From: an uncultured cyanobacterium
GTDB lineage: Bacteria; Cyanobacteriota; Cyanobacteriia; PCC-9006; JAAUQQ01
NCBI GenBank assembly: GCA_963718615.1
Contig: OY970368.1
Span: 480,001-544,000 of the forward strand
Direction: 5' to 3'
Length of the DNA: 64,000 bases
Below, one piece after another: positions 1 through 10,812 of this stretch. The notes under the pieces are model-generated. The model was not told the origin of the DNA. It was given only the letters and a program-made list of their open reading frames with translations, and ran no database searches. Each line of letters begins with the position of its first letter. Within the stretch, counting starts at the first letter, position 1. The position numbers and the translations under genes were made by a program.

Positions 1-1
1 C

Positions 2-331
2 GTGCCGAAATGGCTGGTCAACCTCATCTTTGTTTTAATTGGCCTTGCATTTTTGGCTCCGGTCGTCGGCTTCTTGGGCCTACGGTGGTGGTTACAGCGC
101 AATCTGATCGAAGACGCTTGTCCCGTCTGCGGTGCCCCCCTGAGCGGTCTCAAAACCTTACAGATTCAATGTCCAAGCTGTGGTACCCCTCTTCAGGTCA
201 GCAACGGTAAGCTCCAGCGCATTAATCCCCCCGGTACCATCGATGTTGATGTGGTCGATGTTTCCGCCCAGGTGATCGAAAGTCAGATTTTAGATAGCCA
301 GGTCGTGGATAGCCCGTTTAGCGAGGATTGA
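2..331 (+). CDS. membrane-anchored zinc-ribbon protein (cyanobacterial hypothetical), probably truncated at the window edge
   Basis: Hydrophobic N-terminal helix followed by CPVC...CPSC and a GTIDVDV tail. Confidence 0.7.
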   Translation: MPKWLVNLIFVLIGLAFLAPVVGFLGLRWWLQRNLIEDACPVCGAPLSGLKTLQIQCPSCGTPLQVSNGKLQRINPPGTIDVDVVDVSAQVIESQILDSQVVDSPFSED

Positions 332-365
332 GCGACCCGAGCAGCGACCCTTTTAAAGCTTCCGT

Positions 366-1412
366 TCAACGATTCAGAGAAATCAACGCTTCGGGTTTGA
401 CTACCCCTTCTTCCGTGATGATCCCAGCAATTAATGAAGCCGGGGTGACATCAAAGGCAGGGTTATAGAACTCTGTGCCCGCCGGACAAATCACTGTTTC
501 GCCAATTTGAGCAATTTCACTGGGATCACGCTCTTCAATGGGAATTTCACGACCATCGCGAAGTGAAAAATCGACGGTTGAAAGGGGGGCTGCAACGAAA
601 AATGGAATCTCGTGGGCCTTGGCCACCAGCGCCAAACTATAGGTCCCAATTTTATTCGCTGTATCCCCATTAGCGGCGATCCGGTCTGCTCCCACAATCA
701 CCACATCTACCAGGCCCTCCTTCATACAGTGGGCCGCCATGCCATCGGTAATGAGCGTTACCGGGATCTTTTCCTGGACACATTCCCAGGCGGTGAGCTT
801 AGCACCCTGGAGCCGGGGCCGGGTTTCGTCAGCATAGACCCGCTCCAGGCGTCCCTCCCGCCAGGCCGAGCGCACCACGCCGAGGGCAGTGCCATAGCCT
901 GCGGTGGCCAAGGCTCCCGTGTTGCAGTGGGTGAGGATGCGCAATTTCTCCGGGGTTTCCGGTAAGACCGTGAGCCCCTGTTCGCCAATGCGATAGCAGG
1001 TTTGCAAATCCGACAGATGAATTTCTTGGGCCGATTGTAACAACGCGGCCTGGATCGTTTCGACTTTACCGATGGTGCTCTGGGCCACGGTCATCATGCG
1101 ATCGATCGCCCAGAAAAGATTCACCGCCGTCGGTCGGGTGGCCCGTAACAGCGCTGCAATTTCTTCAAGTTTCGTCAAAAACGTAGCTCGATCACCCGTC
1201 TGAATTTCCCGTGCCCCCAAATAAACTCCGTAGGCCGCTGCCACACCAATGGCCGGAGCTCCCCGGACAATCATTCGACGGATAGCTTCAGCCATATCGC
1301 CGCTGCGCCGAATCTCAACCAAACTATATTCTCGGGGGAGGCGAGTTTGATCAATTAATAGAACGTGGTCGTCCTGCCACAGAATCGGATAGACATGGCT
1401 TACTTCAGACAT
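366..1412 (-). CDS. mtnA: S-methyl-5-thioribose-1-phosphate isomerase
   Basis: Motifs [61 protein letters not shown]; ATG at 1412 chosen over GTG at 1442. Confidence 0.96.
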   Translation of the reverse strand: MSEVSHVYPILWQDDHVLLIDQTRLPREYSLVEIRRSGDMAEAIRRMIVRGAPAIGVAAAYGVYLGAREIQTGDRATFLTKLEEIAALLRATRPTAVNLFWAIDRMMTVAQSTIGKVETIQAALLQSAQEIHLSDLQTCYRIGEQGLTVLPETPEKLRILTHCNTGALATAGYGTALGVVRSAWREGRLERVYADETRPRLQGAKLTAWECVQEKIPVTLITDGMAAHCMKEGLVDVVIVGADRIAANGDTANKIGTYSLALVAKAHEIPFFVAAPLSTVDFSLRDGREIPIEERDPSEIAQIGETVICPAGTEFYNPAFDVTPASLIAGIITEEGVVKPEALISLNR

Positions 1413-1751
1413 TTTGGCGGCGGGGGAGGCGTCTGGCAACACGGCAGAATAACGGAATAAGAAGGATTATGAACAGTCAAAAAGCGCTTGGATACAGAAG
1501 TCAGCGGAAGTAGAACGACCCACCAAGCAGAGAACTGGACCCAACGGGCAAATGCTCTGGATTTCCTTAAGCTTTGTCTAAAATGTTCCGAGTTCGGGTC
1601 AGGATACGATTATATTATGGTGCTTAAACCGTGCCTATTTTTCGGGCATGGATATTGATCAGGGATCCGCCTGTCAACTCATCCAAAATCATAAAAGCTT
1701 TTTTGCATCTTTTTTCGCTTTTTCTCGCCTCTTTCATTGAATTTATTTCCC

Positions 1752-3359
1752 ATGACTGCTTTGGATCCAAGCCCTCCGTTCTTTGCGGTGACGACACCGG
1801 TTTACTACGTGAATGCAGCTCCCCATGTGGGCAGCGCTTACACAACGATGGCGGTGGATGCGCTTTGCCGCTATCGGCGCTTGCGGGGTGATTCGGTCTT
1901 GATGATCACGGGGACCGATGAACATGGGCAAAAGATTCAGCGCACCGCCGAACAGCGGGGGTTGCAACCCCAGGCACACTGCGATGAGATTGTGGCCAGT
2001 TTTCAGCAGCTTTGGCAACAGCTCAATATTCAGTACGATCGCTTCAGCCGCACGACCGCTCCCCGTCACCAGGCGATCGTCGAAGCGTTTTACAAGCGGG
2101 TCGAAGCCAACGGCGATATTTATCTAGGGCAACAGCAAGGCTATTACTGCGTTGGCTGCGAAGAATTCAAAGAAGAGCGGGATCTACTAGAGGACCAATA
2201 CTGTCCACTCCATCCCAATCAAAAGGCGGAATGGCGTGACGAAGAAAACTATTTCTTTCGACTCTCCCAATACCAGGAGAAACTAGAAGCCCTCTACGAA
2301 ACCCACCCTGAGTTTATTCAGCCCGTCAGCCGCCGCAATGAGGTGCTGAGCTTTGTCAAGCAGGGGCTCCAGGATTTTTCGATCTCTCGGGTGAATTTGG
2401 ACTGGGGCTTTCCGATTCCTGGCAATCCTAAACATACGTTTTATGTGTGGTTTGATGCGCTGTTGGCCTATGTGACGGCCCTCCTTGATCCCGAGGATGA
2501 ACCCACGCTGGAAAATGCCTTGGCCCGATGGTGGCCGATCAATCTCCATGTCATTGGCAAAGATATTTTGCGGTTCCATGCAGTTTATTGGCCTGCGATG
2601 GTGATGTCGGCGGGACTGCCACTGCCCGATCGCGTTTTTGCTCATGGTTTCCTGACAAAGGATGGCCGAAAAATGGGTAAAGGCGTCGGCAATACGATTG
2701 ATCCTGTGGCGTTGCTGGATGAGTTTGGGGCGGATGCCGTTCGCTACTACTTCTTGAAAGAAATTGAGTTTGGTCGGGATGGGGATTTTGGCCGCACGCG
2801 GTTTATTCACACGCTCAACGCTGACTTAGCCAATGATTTGGGCAACTTAGTTAACCGCACGCTAAATATGGCCAAGCGCTATTGTAATCAAGCGGTGCCA
2901 TCGGTGTCGGGCGATCGCTTCTCCCCCGACCATGAGCTCAAAACCCTGGGGATCACCCTGGGCGATCGCGCTGCCCATGCCTACGATGCCTTGGCCTTCA
3001 GCGAAGCCTGCACAGCCGCTTTAGCCTTGGCCCAGGCGAGCAACAAATTTCTCGATCAGCAGGCTCCTTGGACCCGATATAAGGAGGGGGATCAGCAGGC
3101 CGTCGAGGAAATTTTGTATGCCGTACTGGAGTCTGTACGGCTTGTGGCCTACGTTCTCTCGCCGATTGTCCCTCGGCTGAGTACGGCCATTTATCAACAG
3201 CTTGGGTTTGAGGGAGATTTTGATGATGCCGGGGTGGGCGATCGCTTCCCCTATGCTGACCATAACCAGTGGGGGGCGCTTCCTGCTCACCAAACTCTGC
3301 AAAACCCAACCCCCGTGTTCCCTAAAATTGAAGTTCCCGTCGAAGTTCCCGACGTGTGA
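1752..3359 (+). CDS. metG: methionine--tRNA ligase
   Basis: PHVGSAY (HIGH-like), GTDEHGQK, Zn knuckle CVGC, YVWFDAL, IGKDILRFH, KMGKG (KMSKS-like). Confidence 0.97.
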   Translation: MTALDPSPPFFAVTTPVYYVNAAPHVGSAYTTMAVDALCRYRRLRGDSVLMITGTDEHGQKIQRTAEQRGLQPQAHCDEIVASFQQLWQQLNIQYDRFSRTTAPRHQAIVEAFYKRVEANGDIYLGQQQGYYCVGCEEFKEERDLLEDQYCPLHPNQKAEWRDEENYFFRLSQYQEKLEALYETHPEFIQPVSRRNEVLSFVKQGLQDFSISRVNLDWGFPIPGNPKHTFYVWFDALLAYVTALLDPEDEPTLENALARWWPINLHVIGKDILRFHAVYWPAMVMSAGLPLPDRVFAHGFLTKDGRKMGKGVGNTIDPVALLDEFGADAVRYYFLKEIEFGRDGDFGRTRFIHTLNADLANDLGNLVNRTLNMAKRYCNQAVPSVSGDRFSPDHELKTLGITLGDRAAHAYDALAFSEACTAALALAQASNKFLDQQAPWTRYKEGDQQAVEEILYAVLESVRLVAYVLSPIVPRLSTAIYQQLGFEGDFDDAGVGDRFPYADHNQWGALPAHQTLQNPTPVFPKIEVPVEVPDV

Positions 3360-3568
3360 GCCCAACTCACTGGCCTTGACCTTTAAGGTTGGGGCCGGTC
3401 TGATCAACTCAGGTTCGATTTTCTTTTTAACTTTCCTTCTTCAAAGCCAAGCTTCCACCCTTTGGATGTCTAAGCTTTGACTTTTTTCAAAACCCTTAAT
3501 TTCAAAACCTCTGTCTTACAAAGTACCTAACTCTTTTAGCCTTTTCATAAAAACGAGGATAAAAAACC

Positions 3569-4186
3569 GTGTTGCACCCCATGGAGCGGGATTCAATTTT
3601 TACGCCTGAGCAAGTTCTCGAAAACCGAGGACGGGTTGCTATTTTTATTGACGGTTCAAACTTGTTCTATGCTGCTCTCCAGCTGGGAATTGAAATTGAT
3701 TACACTAAGCTGCTCAGCCGCCTAACGGGAGGCTCTCGGCTCTTGCGTTCGTTTTTCTATACGGGGGTCGATCGCAGCAACGAAAAACAGCAGGGTTTTT
3801 TGCTGTGGATGCGTCGCAATGGCTACCGCGTCATTTCTAAGGACCTGGTCCAGCTTCCCGATGGCTCCAAGAAGGCCAATTTGGATGTGGAGATTGCCGT
3901 AGACATGATGGCCTTGGTGGGATCCTATGATACAGCCGTTCTCGTGAGTGGCGACGGAGACCTGGCCTATGCCGTTGATGCGGTGAGCTATCGGGGGGTG
4001 CGGGTGGAGGTGGTCAGCCTGCGCTCGATGACCAGCGATAGCTTGATTAATGTGGCCGATCGCTATGTGGATTTGGAAAGCATCAAAGACGAAATTCAAA
4101 AAACCCCTCGCCAGGGCTATACCTATCGTCCGTTAGAAGGCTCAGAACCCACCGATAAGGGTGAGGAAAAACCGCCCCTGCCGTAG
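3569..4186 (+). CDS. NYN/LabA-DUF88 family protein (LabA/LalA-like)
   Basis: FIDGSNL, KANLDVEIAVD, LVSGDGD PIN-like motifs; GAGGA upstream of the GTG start. Confidence 0.92.
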   Translation: MLHPMERDSIFTPEQVLENRGRVAIFIDGSNLFYAALQLGIEIDYTKLLSRLTGGSRLLRSFFYTGVDRSNEKQQGFLLWMRRNGYRVISKDLVQLPDGSKKANLDVEIAVDMMALVGSYDTAVLVSGDGDLAYAVDAVSYRGVRVEVVSLRSMTSDSLINVADRYVDLESIKDEIQKTPRQGYTYRPLEGSEPTDKGEEKPPLP

Positions 4187-4234
4187 TCCAAAGCCATCGA
4201 TTACACTGGGAGGGCTCAAAATTCACCGCGTCCC

Positions 4235-5401
4235 TTGGCTCTTTTGAATCGGTTTCTCTCTGTCAGATGGGCTCGAACCACCGGGTTTGGCCTCTTGCTG
4301 CTAGTGCTGCTCGCAGGTCAGAGCTGTTCGTGGTTGCGCCGCCCCAAGCCAGTGGCTCCCGTGGAAAGCAATCCGTCCGATGCCTTGGTGTTTGAGAATG
4401 TCTCCTTGGAGCAGGCTGACGAGGCTGGCAATTTGCTCTGGCGACTCAAGGCAACCCAGGCGACCTACAGCGAAAGCGGTAAACAGGCCAAGGTTGATCA
4501 GCCTCGGGGGAAACTCTTTCAGGGGGGTAAAGAAGTTTATGAAGTAGAAGCCAAGCAGGGGGAGGTCAACCAGGATGGGGAGACGGTTTTTCTGCGCCAG
4601 AATGTGAGGGTTCAGGATTTACGCGATGGGGCAACGATACGGGCTGACGAAGCAGAATGGCATCCCCAGGAAGAGGTTTTGATCCTGCGCCAAAATGTGG
4701 TCGGCACAAAGGCGGATCTGGAAATTAAGGCCCAGGAGGGCACCTGGCGCAGCAAAAATAATGAAGTTCAGCTGAAAGGGGCTCCGGTTTTGGCAACGCT
4801 GGGCAAGCAGCGGCTGAAGCTACAAACGGAAAATTTGCTTTGGAAAGTGGCGGAGGAGCGGGTGGTGGGCGATCGCCCCCTAGATATCCAGCAATTTGCC
4901 GAAAAGGATCCCACTCAAATGATTCGCCGCGCCACCTCCCAATCGGGCGAAGCGTTACTGCCAACCCAAGAAGTTATTCTGCGACAGGCGGCCCATTTGG
5001 TTTTGACCGAGCCCCCCTTAGATATTTTTGGAGATGCGATCCGCTGGCAAACGCAAAAAAATCAGGTGATGAGCGAAGCGCCGCTCAGGGTGGTCCATCG
5101 CTTGGAGAAAACGACGATTTCGGGCGATCGCGGTCAGGCGGATTTGACCAACCAAGTTGTCACCATGACCGGCAATGTCAAGGGCATTTCGGAACTGCGC
5201 CAAGCTCGCCTGGGGGCCGATCGCCTCACCTGGAATACAGCCAGCCAGGATGTGGAAGGGACGGGGAATGTCAGCTATGACCAGGCCGAGCCGCCGCTGT
5301 CGCTATCGGGACCGACGGCCAAGGGCAATCTCAATGATGAAACGATGGTGGTGAGCGGGGGCCAGGTGAAGACGATTATTATTCCCGTAGATAATCCCTA
5401 G
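4235..5401 (+). CDS. lptC: LPS export periplasmic protein LptC (cyanobacterial long form)
   Basis: N-terminal hydrophobic anchor with Cys, repeated beta-jellyroll segments (LEQADEAGNLLWRLKA); follows the NYN gene as in other cyanobacteria. Confidence 0.82.
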   Translation: MALLNRFLSVRWARTTGFGLLLLVLLAGQSCSWLRRPKPVAPVESNPSDALVFENVSLEQADEAGNLLWRLKATQATYSESGKQAKVDQPRGKLFQGGKEVYEVEAKQGEVNQDGETVFLRQNVRVQDLRDGATIRADEAEWHPQEEVLILRQNVVGTKADLEIKAQEGTWRSKNNEVQLKGAPVLATLGKQRLKLQTENLLWKVAEERVVGDRPLDIQQFAEKDPTQMIRRATSQSGEALLPTQEVILRQAAHLVLTEPPLDIFGDAIRWQTQKNQVMSEAPLRVVHRLEKTTISGDRGQADLTNQVVTMTGNVKGISELRQARLGADRLTWNTASQDVEGTGNVSYDQAEPPLSLSGPTAKGNLNDETMVVSGGQVKTIIIPVDNP

Positions 5402-6558
5402 GCCAGTAATTGGGCGACCTGTTGGGCGAGGGCCGTTTGGCTAAATTTGGCCAGGGCTTCTTGGCGCAGCCAGTCCCCTTGGCAACGCGGATCGGTTCCC
5501 TGCAAGAGTTCGAGACAGGCACTGGCAACCGCCTCCGGATCCCGGTGGGGTACCTGCCAGCCGACACGACCATCCTGAACGGGGTCCGCTGAGCCATCGT
5601 CATCCCCCGAAAGCACCGGCACACCGCAGGCCATCGCCTCCAAATAAACAATGCCGAAGCCTTCCTGGGAGGGCATGATATAGGCATCGGCTAAGCGATA
5701 ATGGTCCACCAAATCCTTCGTTGCCACAAACCCAGCAAACACCACATGGTCCGCTACGCCCAAGTCCTGGGCCAACTGGGCCAACCGAGGCTGGTCATCA
5801 CCCCGGCCAATCACCAGATATTTCACCGCAGGCTCCACGGGCAAAATCTTCGGCAAGGCCCGTATCGTTACATCAACGCCCTTGTAAATATCGCCGGACC
5901 AGAGCCGCGCCACGGTCATGAGCACCTTGGCATCGGCTAAACCGTAGCGAGTGACTAGGGTTTCTGATTTTGGACCTGGCGTGAAGCGATCGCCATCCAC
6001 CACACAGGGCAACATTTTCACCCGCTCCGTTGGAATTCCATTGGCGGCACAGAGGCGATCGCGACTATACCGACTAATCGTCCAAATATCCTCCGCCTCC
6101 CGCAGTCCCCGCTGCATCCCAGGGCTGACCGGCTGCCAGACTTCTTTGCCGTAGGTGACAACGGTGTAGGGCAAGTTGAGTAACTGACACAGAGGCCGAA
6201 TCAGTGGAGTCAGAAAGACGTGACCGCAAATTAGCCGCCGGGGGCGATCGCGCACCAAGCTCGAAAATAGCTCCGCCGCCAGCCGCAGTCGTCCAATCTG
6301 GGCGGTCGGAGATTTGCAGTAGTGGAATTCTAGGCGCGGATGGCCTTCGAAGGGATTGGGGGCGGTGGCGGAACTGGGGCGATCGCGCAACAAAAAGATA
6401 TCAGCGGTGTGGGCTTCGTCCCCCTCCAGGTAGGCATTCAGCACATCCTTGATATAGGACTGAATCCCGCCCTCCTGGGAAAAGATTTCCAGAAAGACGA
6501 AGGTGTGGTGCTTGAGCGCGGCTGTTTCTAGCACTGTTTCTCCCACTGCGGTTCCCAT
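5398..6558 (-). CDS. glycosyltransferase family 4
   Basis: YKGVD and EGFGIVYLEAMACGVPV GT4 signature; start codon uncertain (ORF open to 6645). Confidence 0.92.
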   Translation of the reverse strand: MGTAVGETVLETAALKHHTFVFLEIFSQEGGIQSYIKDVLNAYLEGDEAHTADIFLLRDRPSSATAPNPFEGHPRLEFHYCKSPTAQIGRLRLAAELFSSLVRDRPRRLICGHVFLTPLIRPLCQLLNLPYTVVTYGKEVWQPVSPGMQRGLREAEDIWTISRYSRDRLCAANGIPTERVKMLPCVVDGDRFTPGPKSETLVTRYGLADAKVLMTVARLWSGDIYKGVDVTIRALPKILPVEPAVKYLVIGRGDDQPRLAQLAQDLGVADHVVFAGFVATKDLVDHYRLADAYIMPSQEGFGIVYLEAMACGVPVLSGDDDGSADPVQDGRVGWQVPHRDPEAVASACLELLQGTDPRCQGDWLRQEALAKFSQTALAQQVAQLLA

Positions 6559-6736
6559 AAATTTCACTCTCTGCCGTAACCTGTCTCGATTCAAAGGCTG
6601 GAATAAACAGGCACAATGACCCGTGGTGAGATGCTGCTCATGCATTTAGGGTGCCCAGGCAGAGAGGCGTTGGCAACGGCAGGGTGGGCTTTGCTGCGGG
6701 AAAACAGTCAGGGAAACGGCTAGGGAAATGGGTATG

Positions 6737-6768
6737 AAAAAGGGCTGGGTGCGATCGCACCCAGCCCT
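6737..6768 (-). terminator. Rho-independent terminator of petBD
   Basis: Perfect 28-bp palindrome AGGGCTGGGTGCGATCGCACCCAGCCCT (6741-6768) followed by a T run on the minus strand, about 45 bp after the petD stop. Confidence 0.8.
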
Positions 6769-6812
6769 CTTCTTAAATTGCATTCTAATTGCAAATTTGG
6801 TCTTGACAGCCC

Positions 6813-7295
6813 CTAGAACAAACCCAGGGTCAAAGACTGGTCAATGGGGAACGTCGCCCCCGCACCCAACCACAGCGTCACAACCGTTCCAAAAAGGAAC
6901 ATCGCAGTCGCCACCGGGCGGCGGAAGGGATTTTGAAACTTGTTGACCCCTTCAATGAAGGGAATCGCCATCAAGCCCAGGGGAATCGCACTCTGGAGCA
7001 TAATACCCAGTAGTTTATTGGGCACCACGCGCAGAATTTGAAACGCCGGATACAGATACCACTCGGGCAAAATTTCCAGGGGCGTTGCAAAGGGATCAGC
7101 GGGTTCGCCAATCAGGGCTGGGTCTAGCACCGCCAAACCAACCACACAGGCGATCGTCCCAGCGATGACCACCGGGAAGATATAGAGCAAATCATTGGGC
7201 CAAGCGGGTTCACCATAGTAGTTGTGACCCATGCCCTTGGCCAACTTGGCGCGGAGAATCGGATCGGTCAGATCCGGCTTCTTAATAATGGACAT
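6813..7295 (-). CDS. petD: cytochrome b6f complex subunit IV
   Basis: [36 protein letters not shown]; 160 aa. Confidence 0.99.
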   Translation of the reverse strand: MSIIKKPDLTDPILRAKLAKGMGHNYYGEPAWPNDLLYIFPVVIAGTIACVVGLAVLDPALIGEPADPFATPLEILPEWYLYPAFQILRVVPNKLLGIMLQSAIPLGLMAIPFIEGVNKFQNPFRRPVATAMFLFGTVVTLWLGAGATFPIDQSLTLGLF

Positions 7296-7329
7296 GATGG
7301 GAGGATCTCCTTCGAGAACAGAAATTTAC

Positions 7330-7348
7330 CCATCCCTCATCGGGATGG
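7330..7348 (-). other. intercistronic stem-loop between petB and petD
   Basis: CCATCCC-TCATC-GGGATGG immediately after the petB stop. Confidence 0.5.
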
Positions 7349-7349
7349 C

Positions 7350-7997
7350 TTACAGGGGACCCGAAATACCTTGCTTCCGGATCATCAGGAAGTGCATCAG
7401 CATGAACACCGCCAACAGCCAAGGCAAAACAAAAGTGTGCAAGCTGTAAAAGCGAGTCAACGTCGGTTGACCCACACTTTGGCCACCGCGCAGCAATTCA
7501 ACCATCAGGCTGCCCACCACCGGAATCGCCTCAGGCACACCCGACACAATCTTGACCGCCCAGTAACCGACTTGGTCCCAGGGCAAAGAATAGCCAGTCA
7601 CACCAAAGGTCACCGTGATGACCGCCATGATCACACCCGTCACCCAAGTCAACTCGCGGGGGCGCTTGAAACCACCGGTCAGGTAAACCCGGAAAACATG
7701 GAGGATCATCATCAGCACCATCATGCTGGCAGACCAGCGGTGGATGGAACGAATCAACCAGCCAAAGTTGACCTCGTTCATCAGGTACTGAATCGAGCTG
7801 AATGCCTCAGTAACCGTGGGTTTGTAATAGAACGTCATTGCAAATCCAGTGGCAAACTGGATGATGAAGCAAGTGAGCGTGATTCCACCAAGGCAATAAA
7901 AAATATTTACGTGGGGAGGAACGTACTTACTGGTGATGTCTTCGCTAATCGCTTGAATCTCCAGGCGTTCCTCGAACCAGTCGTAGACCTTCGCCAT
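7350..7997 (-). CDS. petB: cytochrome b6
   Basis: [50 protein letters not shown]; 215 aa. Confidence 0.99.
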   Translation of the reverse strand: MAKVYDWFEERLEIQAISEDITSKYVPPHVNIFYCLGGITLTCFIIQFATGFAMTFYYKPTVTEAFSSIQYLMNEVNFGWLIRSIHRWSASMMVLMMILHVFRVYLTGGFKRPRELTWVTGVIMAVITVTFGVTGYSLPWDQVGYWAVKIVSGVPEAIPVVGSLMVELLRGGQSVGQPTLTRFYSLHTFVLPWLLAVFMLMHFLMIRKQGISGPL

Positions 7998-8200
7998 GAG
8001 ACCGAGTTCCTAAAAATGCATGTTTGTCCATACAAAATGTAACATGGCAGGAAGGGCCTAGGGGGCCGGAGTGACGGGAAATTCGGGAATTGTTAGGGTG
8101 GCCTGAGGGGGAGAAAAATGGGAAGCATCACTGAATTCTGAGAAAGAATCGAAGAAATGGGCCGCAGCCGAAGGTAAAAACTGCCGCTACAATCTGTTAC

Positions 8201-9463
8201 ATGATGAAACTTGCGCTCAGAATTACTCTGGTTCTGCTGCTTCAGCTTGCGGTTTTCTCGGGCTGGATGCCTTCGGCCCAAGCGCTGACGGAAGAACAGC
8301 AGCTATATAACGAAGCTTGGCGTATTGTCAGCCGAGCCTATGTGGATGAGTCTTTTAACGGACAAAACTGGTGGCTGCTGCGCCAAAAGACGTTGCGCAA
8401 GGGATTGTCGGATCGAGAACAAACCTACGGGGCGATTCAGTCTTCCTTGGCAATGCTGGAGGATCCCTTTACCCGGCTTCTTCGTCCCGACCAGTATCAC
8501 AATCTTCAGGTGACGACGTCCGGTGAATTAACGGGGGTTGGGCTTCAGATTGCTAAGGAGTCGGACACCGGGATGCTATTGGTGATTGCCCCGGTGGAAG
8601 GCTCTCCCGCAGAAGCCGCAGGCATTCGACCCAAGGACCAGATCCTGTCGATTAATGGGGTGCCGACCAACGACATGGACCTCGACGATGCGGCCTCTCG
8701 CATGCGTGGGGCTGTGGGTTCACCGGTGACGCTGACGATTCAGCGGGCGAAAGCAGATCCAACAGATGTGGTGGTGGTCCGACAGCGGATTTCGCTCAAC
8801 CCCGTGGTGGCGGCACTGAAGCAAGACCCGTTGCCCATTGGGTATTTGCGGCTGAGTCAGTTTAATGCCAATGCGGTGGAGGATTTGACCAAGGCGTTGA
8901 AAAAGCTCGATCGCCAGGGAGCCCAAGCCTATATCCTCGACCTGCGCAATAACCCTGGTGGTTTGCTCCAAGCGGGAGTTGCCATTTCGCGGCTGTGGAT
9001 CAATGACGGACCAATTGTTTATACGGTCGATCGCCGAGGGATTTTGGATAGCTTCTGGGCCGATGGCTCGGCGGTGACCCAAGCGCCGTTGGTGGTTTTG
9101 GTGAATGAAGGGACCGCCAGCGCTAGCGAGATTTTGGCTGGAGCCTTGCAGGACACAGGACGGGCTCAGCTCGTGGGTCAGCGTACGTTTGGCAAGGGGC
9201 TGATTCAGTCGCTGTTTGAGCTCTCCGATGGCGCGGGGCTGGCGGTGACGGTGGCCAAGTATGAGACACCCAACCATCGGGATATTAATAAGCTGGGGAT
9301 TGAGCCGGATCTGGCGGTGGAAACGGAGGGATTGACGCGGGAGGCGATCGCCACCTCCGCCGACCCCCAATACCAAGCCGCAGTCGAGCTCCTCACCCAG
9401 CAAGTCGGCACCGCCCTGGTGACCCAGCCGGCCCCCCAGCCGGTTCTTGCAGATGCGGCCTGA
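8201..9463 (+). CDS. ctpA: carboxyl-terminal processing protease (S41, PDZ), CtpA
   Basis: Signal peptide, PDZ (GVGLQI), DLRNNPGG, TASASEI, TFGKGLIQ; divergent from petB as is common in cyanobacteria. Confidence 0.92.
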   Translation: MMKLALRITLVLLLQLAVFSGWMPSAQALTEEQQLYNEAWRIVSRAYVDESFNGQNWWLLRQKTLRKGLSDREQTYGAIQSSLAMLEDPFTRLLRPDQYHNLQVTTSGELTGVGLQIAKESDTGMLLVIAPVEGSPAEAAGIRPKDQILSINGVPTNDMDLDDAASRMRGAVGSPVTLTIQRAKADPTDVVVVRQRISLNPVVAALKQDPLPIGYLRLSQFNANAVEDLTKALKKLDRQGAQAYILDLRNNPGGLLQAGVAISRLWINDGPIVYTVDRRGILDSFWADGSAVTQAPLVVLVNEGTASASEILAGALQDTGRAQLVGQRTFGKGLIQSLFELSDGAGLAVTVAKYETPNHRDINKLGIEPDLAVETEGLTREAIATSADPQYQAAVELLTQQVGTALVTQPAPQPVLADAA

Positions 9464-10760
9464 CGGCACCCGCGTTTACCACGACCCCCTCCACGGGGGA
9501 ATTTCGTTGAGTGCCAAGGATCCATCCGAACGTTTATTAATTGAACTGGTAGATACGCCGGAGTTTCAGCGGCTGCGGCGAATTCGTCAATTGGGTCCGG
9601 CGAGCCTGACCTTCCATGGGGCCGAGGCTTCAAGGTTTACCCATTCTCTAGGCGTGATGGCCGTGGCCCGTCGTGCCTTTGATCTGTTGGCCACCCACTA
9701 TGGGGAACTGTTGCCCCACCGAACGACGGTGCTCTGTGCGGCGCTACTCCACGACATTGGCCATGGTCCCTTTAGCCACACGGCGGAGGATATTTTTGGC
9801 GGACATCACGAGGCTTGGACGGCGCGGATTTTGCTGGAATCGCCCGTGATCAATCCGCTGTTGCGGACGATGGACCCGGATTTGCCGGAGATTATCATCG
9901 CCACGTACCGGAAACAGCATCCGCTGCCCTTGGTGAGCCAGTTGATTTCGAGTCAGTTGGATTGCGATCGCCTCGACTATCTCATGCGGGACAGCTACTA
10001 CACGGGGGCATCCTACGGTCAGTTGGATCTCGATCGCATTCTCAGTGCCCTACGCTATGACCCCCAGCGGCGGGAGGTGGTGGTGGCGGCGAAGGGGCAG
10101 GCGTCGATTGAGCATTATTTGATTGTGCGATCGCTCATGTACGACCAGATCTATAATCACCCCAAAAATATCGCGGTGGTTTGGGGCCTAAAACAGGCGT
10201 TTCGTCGTGCTAAGGAGATTGCGGAAACCCAGGGTGTGGAAGCGCTAGGAGCGGATGAGACGCTGACGGCTTGGTTGCAGAGTGCAGCGATGAGCAATTT
10301 GCCGCTGGCGGATTATTTGGCGGCGGATGATCATGTGTTTCATTATCATTTGCAGCGTTGGCAGCGGCATTCGGACGCGATTTTGGCGGATCTCTGTCGG
10401 CGCTATGTGGATCGGGATTTGTTTAAGGTGAAGGAAATTTCTGAGCTGGAGAAGCCTGCACAACAGGTGCTGCTGCAAGCCATTCGGGGGCAGATCGACC
10501 GATCTCCAGGCCAGTTGAGGGACAATCAAGGCAGCTATTATGCCGGACTAGAGGTGGCATTTAGTCGGGGGTATCAACCCTATCGCCAGGGAATTCGGGT
10601 AGAGACGCCGGCGGGTAATCGGGAAATTGGGGAGCTGTCGCCGCTGATTCGGGCGTTGGTGCAGATTCGGCAGAAGACTTGGCTGGTTTATCCCCGTGAG
10701 TTTGGCAGGGATATCTGCCTCCAAGCCGAGACACCGGGTATTTTGGAAACCCCGGTCTGA
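9453..10760 (+). CDS. HD-domain phosphohydrolase (dNTPase/SAMHD1-like family)
   Basis: DPLHG, FQRLRRIRQLG, RFTHSLG, LLHDIGHGPFSH, DCDRLDYL. Confidence 0.92.
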   Translation: MRPDGTRVYHDPLHGGISLSAKDPSERLLIELVDTPEFQRLRRIRQLGPASLTFHGAEASRFTHSLGVMAVARRAFDLLATHYGELLPHRTTVLCAALLHDIGHGPFSHTAEDIFGGHHEAWTARILLESPVINPLLRTMDPDLPEIIIATYRKQHPLPLVSQLISSQLDCDRLDYLMRDSYYTGASYGQLDLDRILSALRYDPQRREVVVAAKGQASIEHYLIVRSLMYDQIYNHPKNIAVVWGLKQAFRRAKEIAETQGVEALGADETLTAWLQSAAMSNLPLADYLAADDHVFHYHLQRWQRHSDAILADLCRRYVDRDLFKVKEISELEKPAQQVLLQAIRGQIDRSPGQLRDNQGSYYAGLEVAFSRGYQPYRQGIRVETPAGNREIGELSPLIRALVQIRQKTWLVYPREFGRDICLQAETPGILETPV

Positions 10761-10812
10761 GATCCCGCAAAGATCTTGCACCGAGATTCATGCCGTAAGC
10801 CAACCGATCCAG

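Noticed and set aside
2665-2695. KMGKG in place of KMSKS in MetG
   Set aside because: KMGKS-type variants are normal in cyanobacterial MetRS, and one further substitution is not informative.
7224-8042. 272-aa ORF antisense to petB
   Set aside because: Shadow ORF of a highly conserved gene with no recognisable motifs; the same applies to most short overlapping ORFs in the track.
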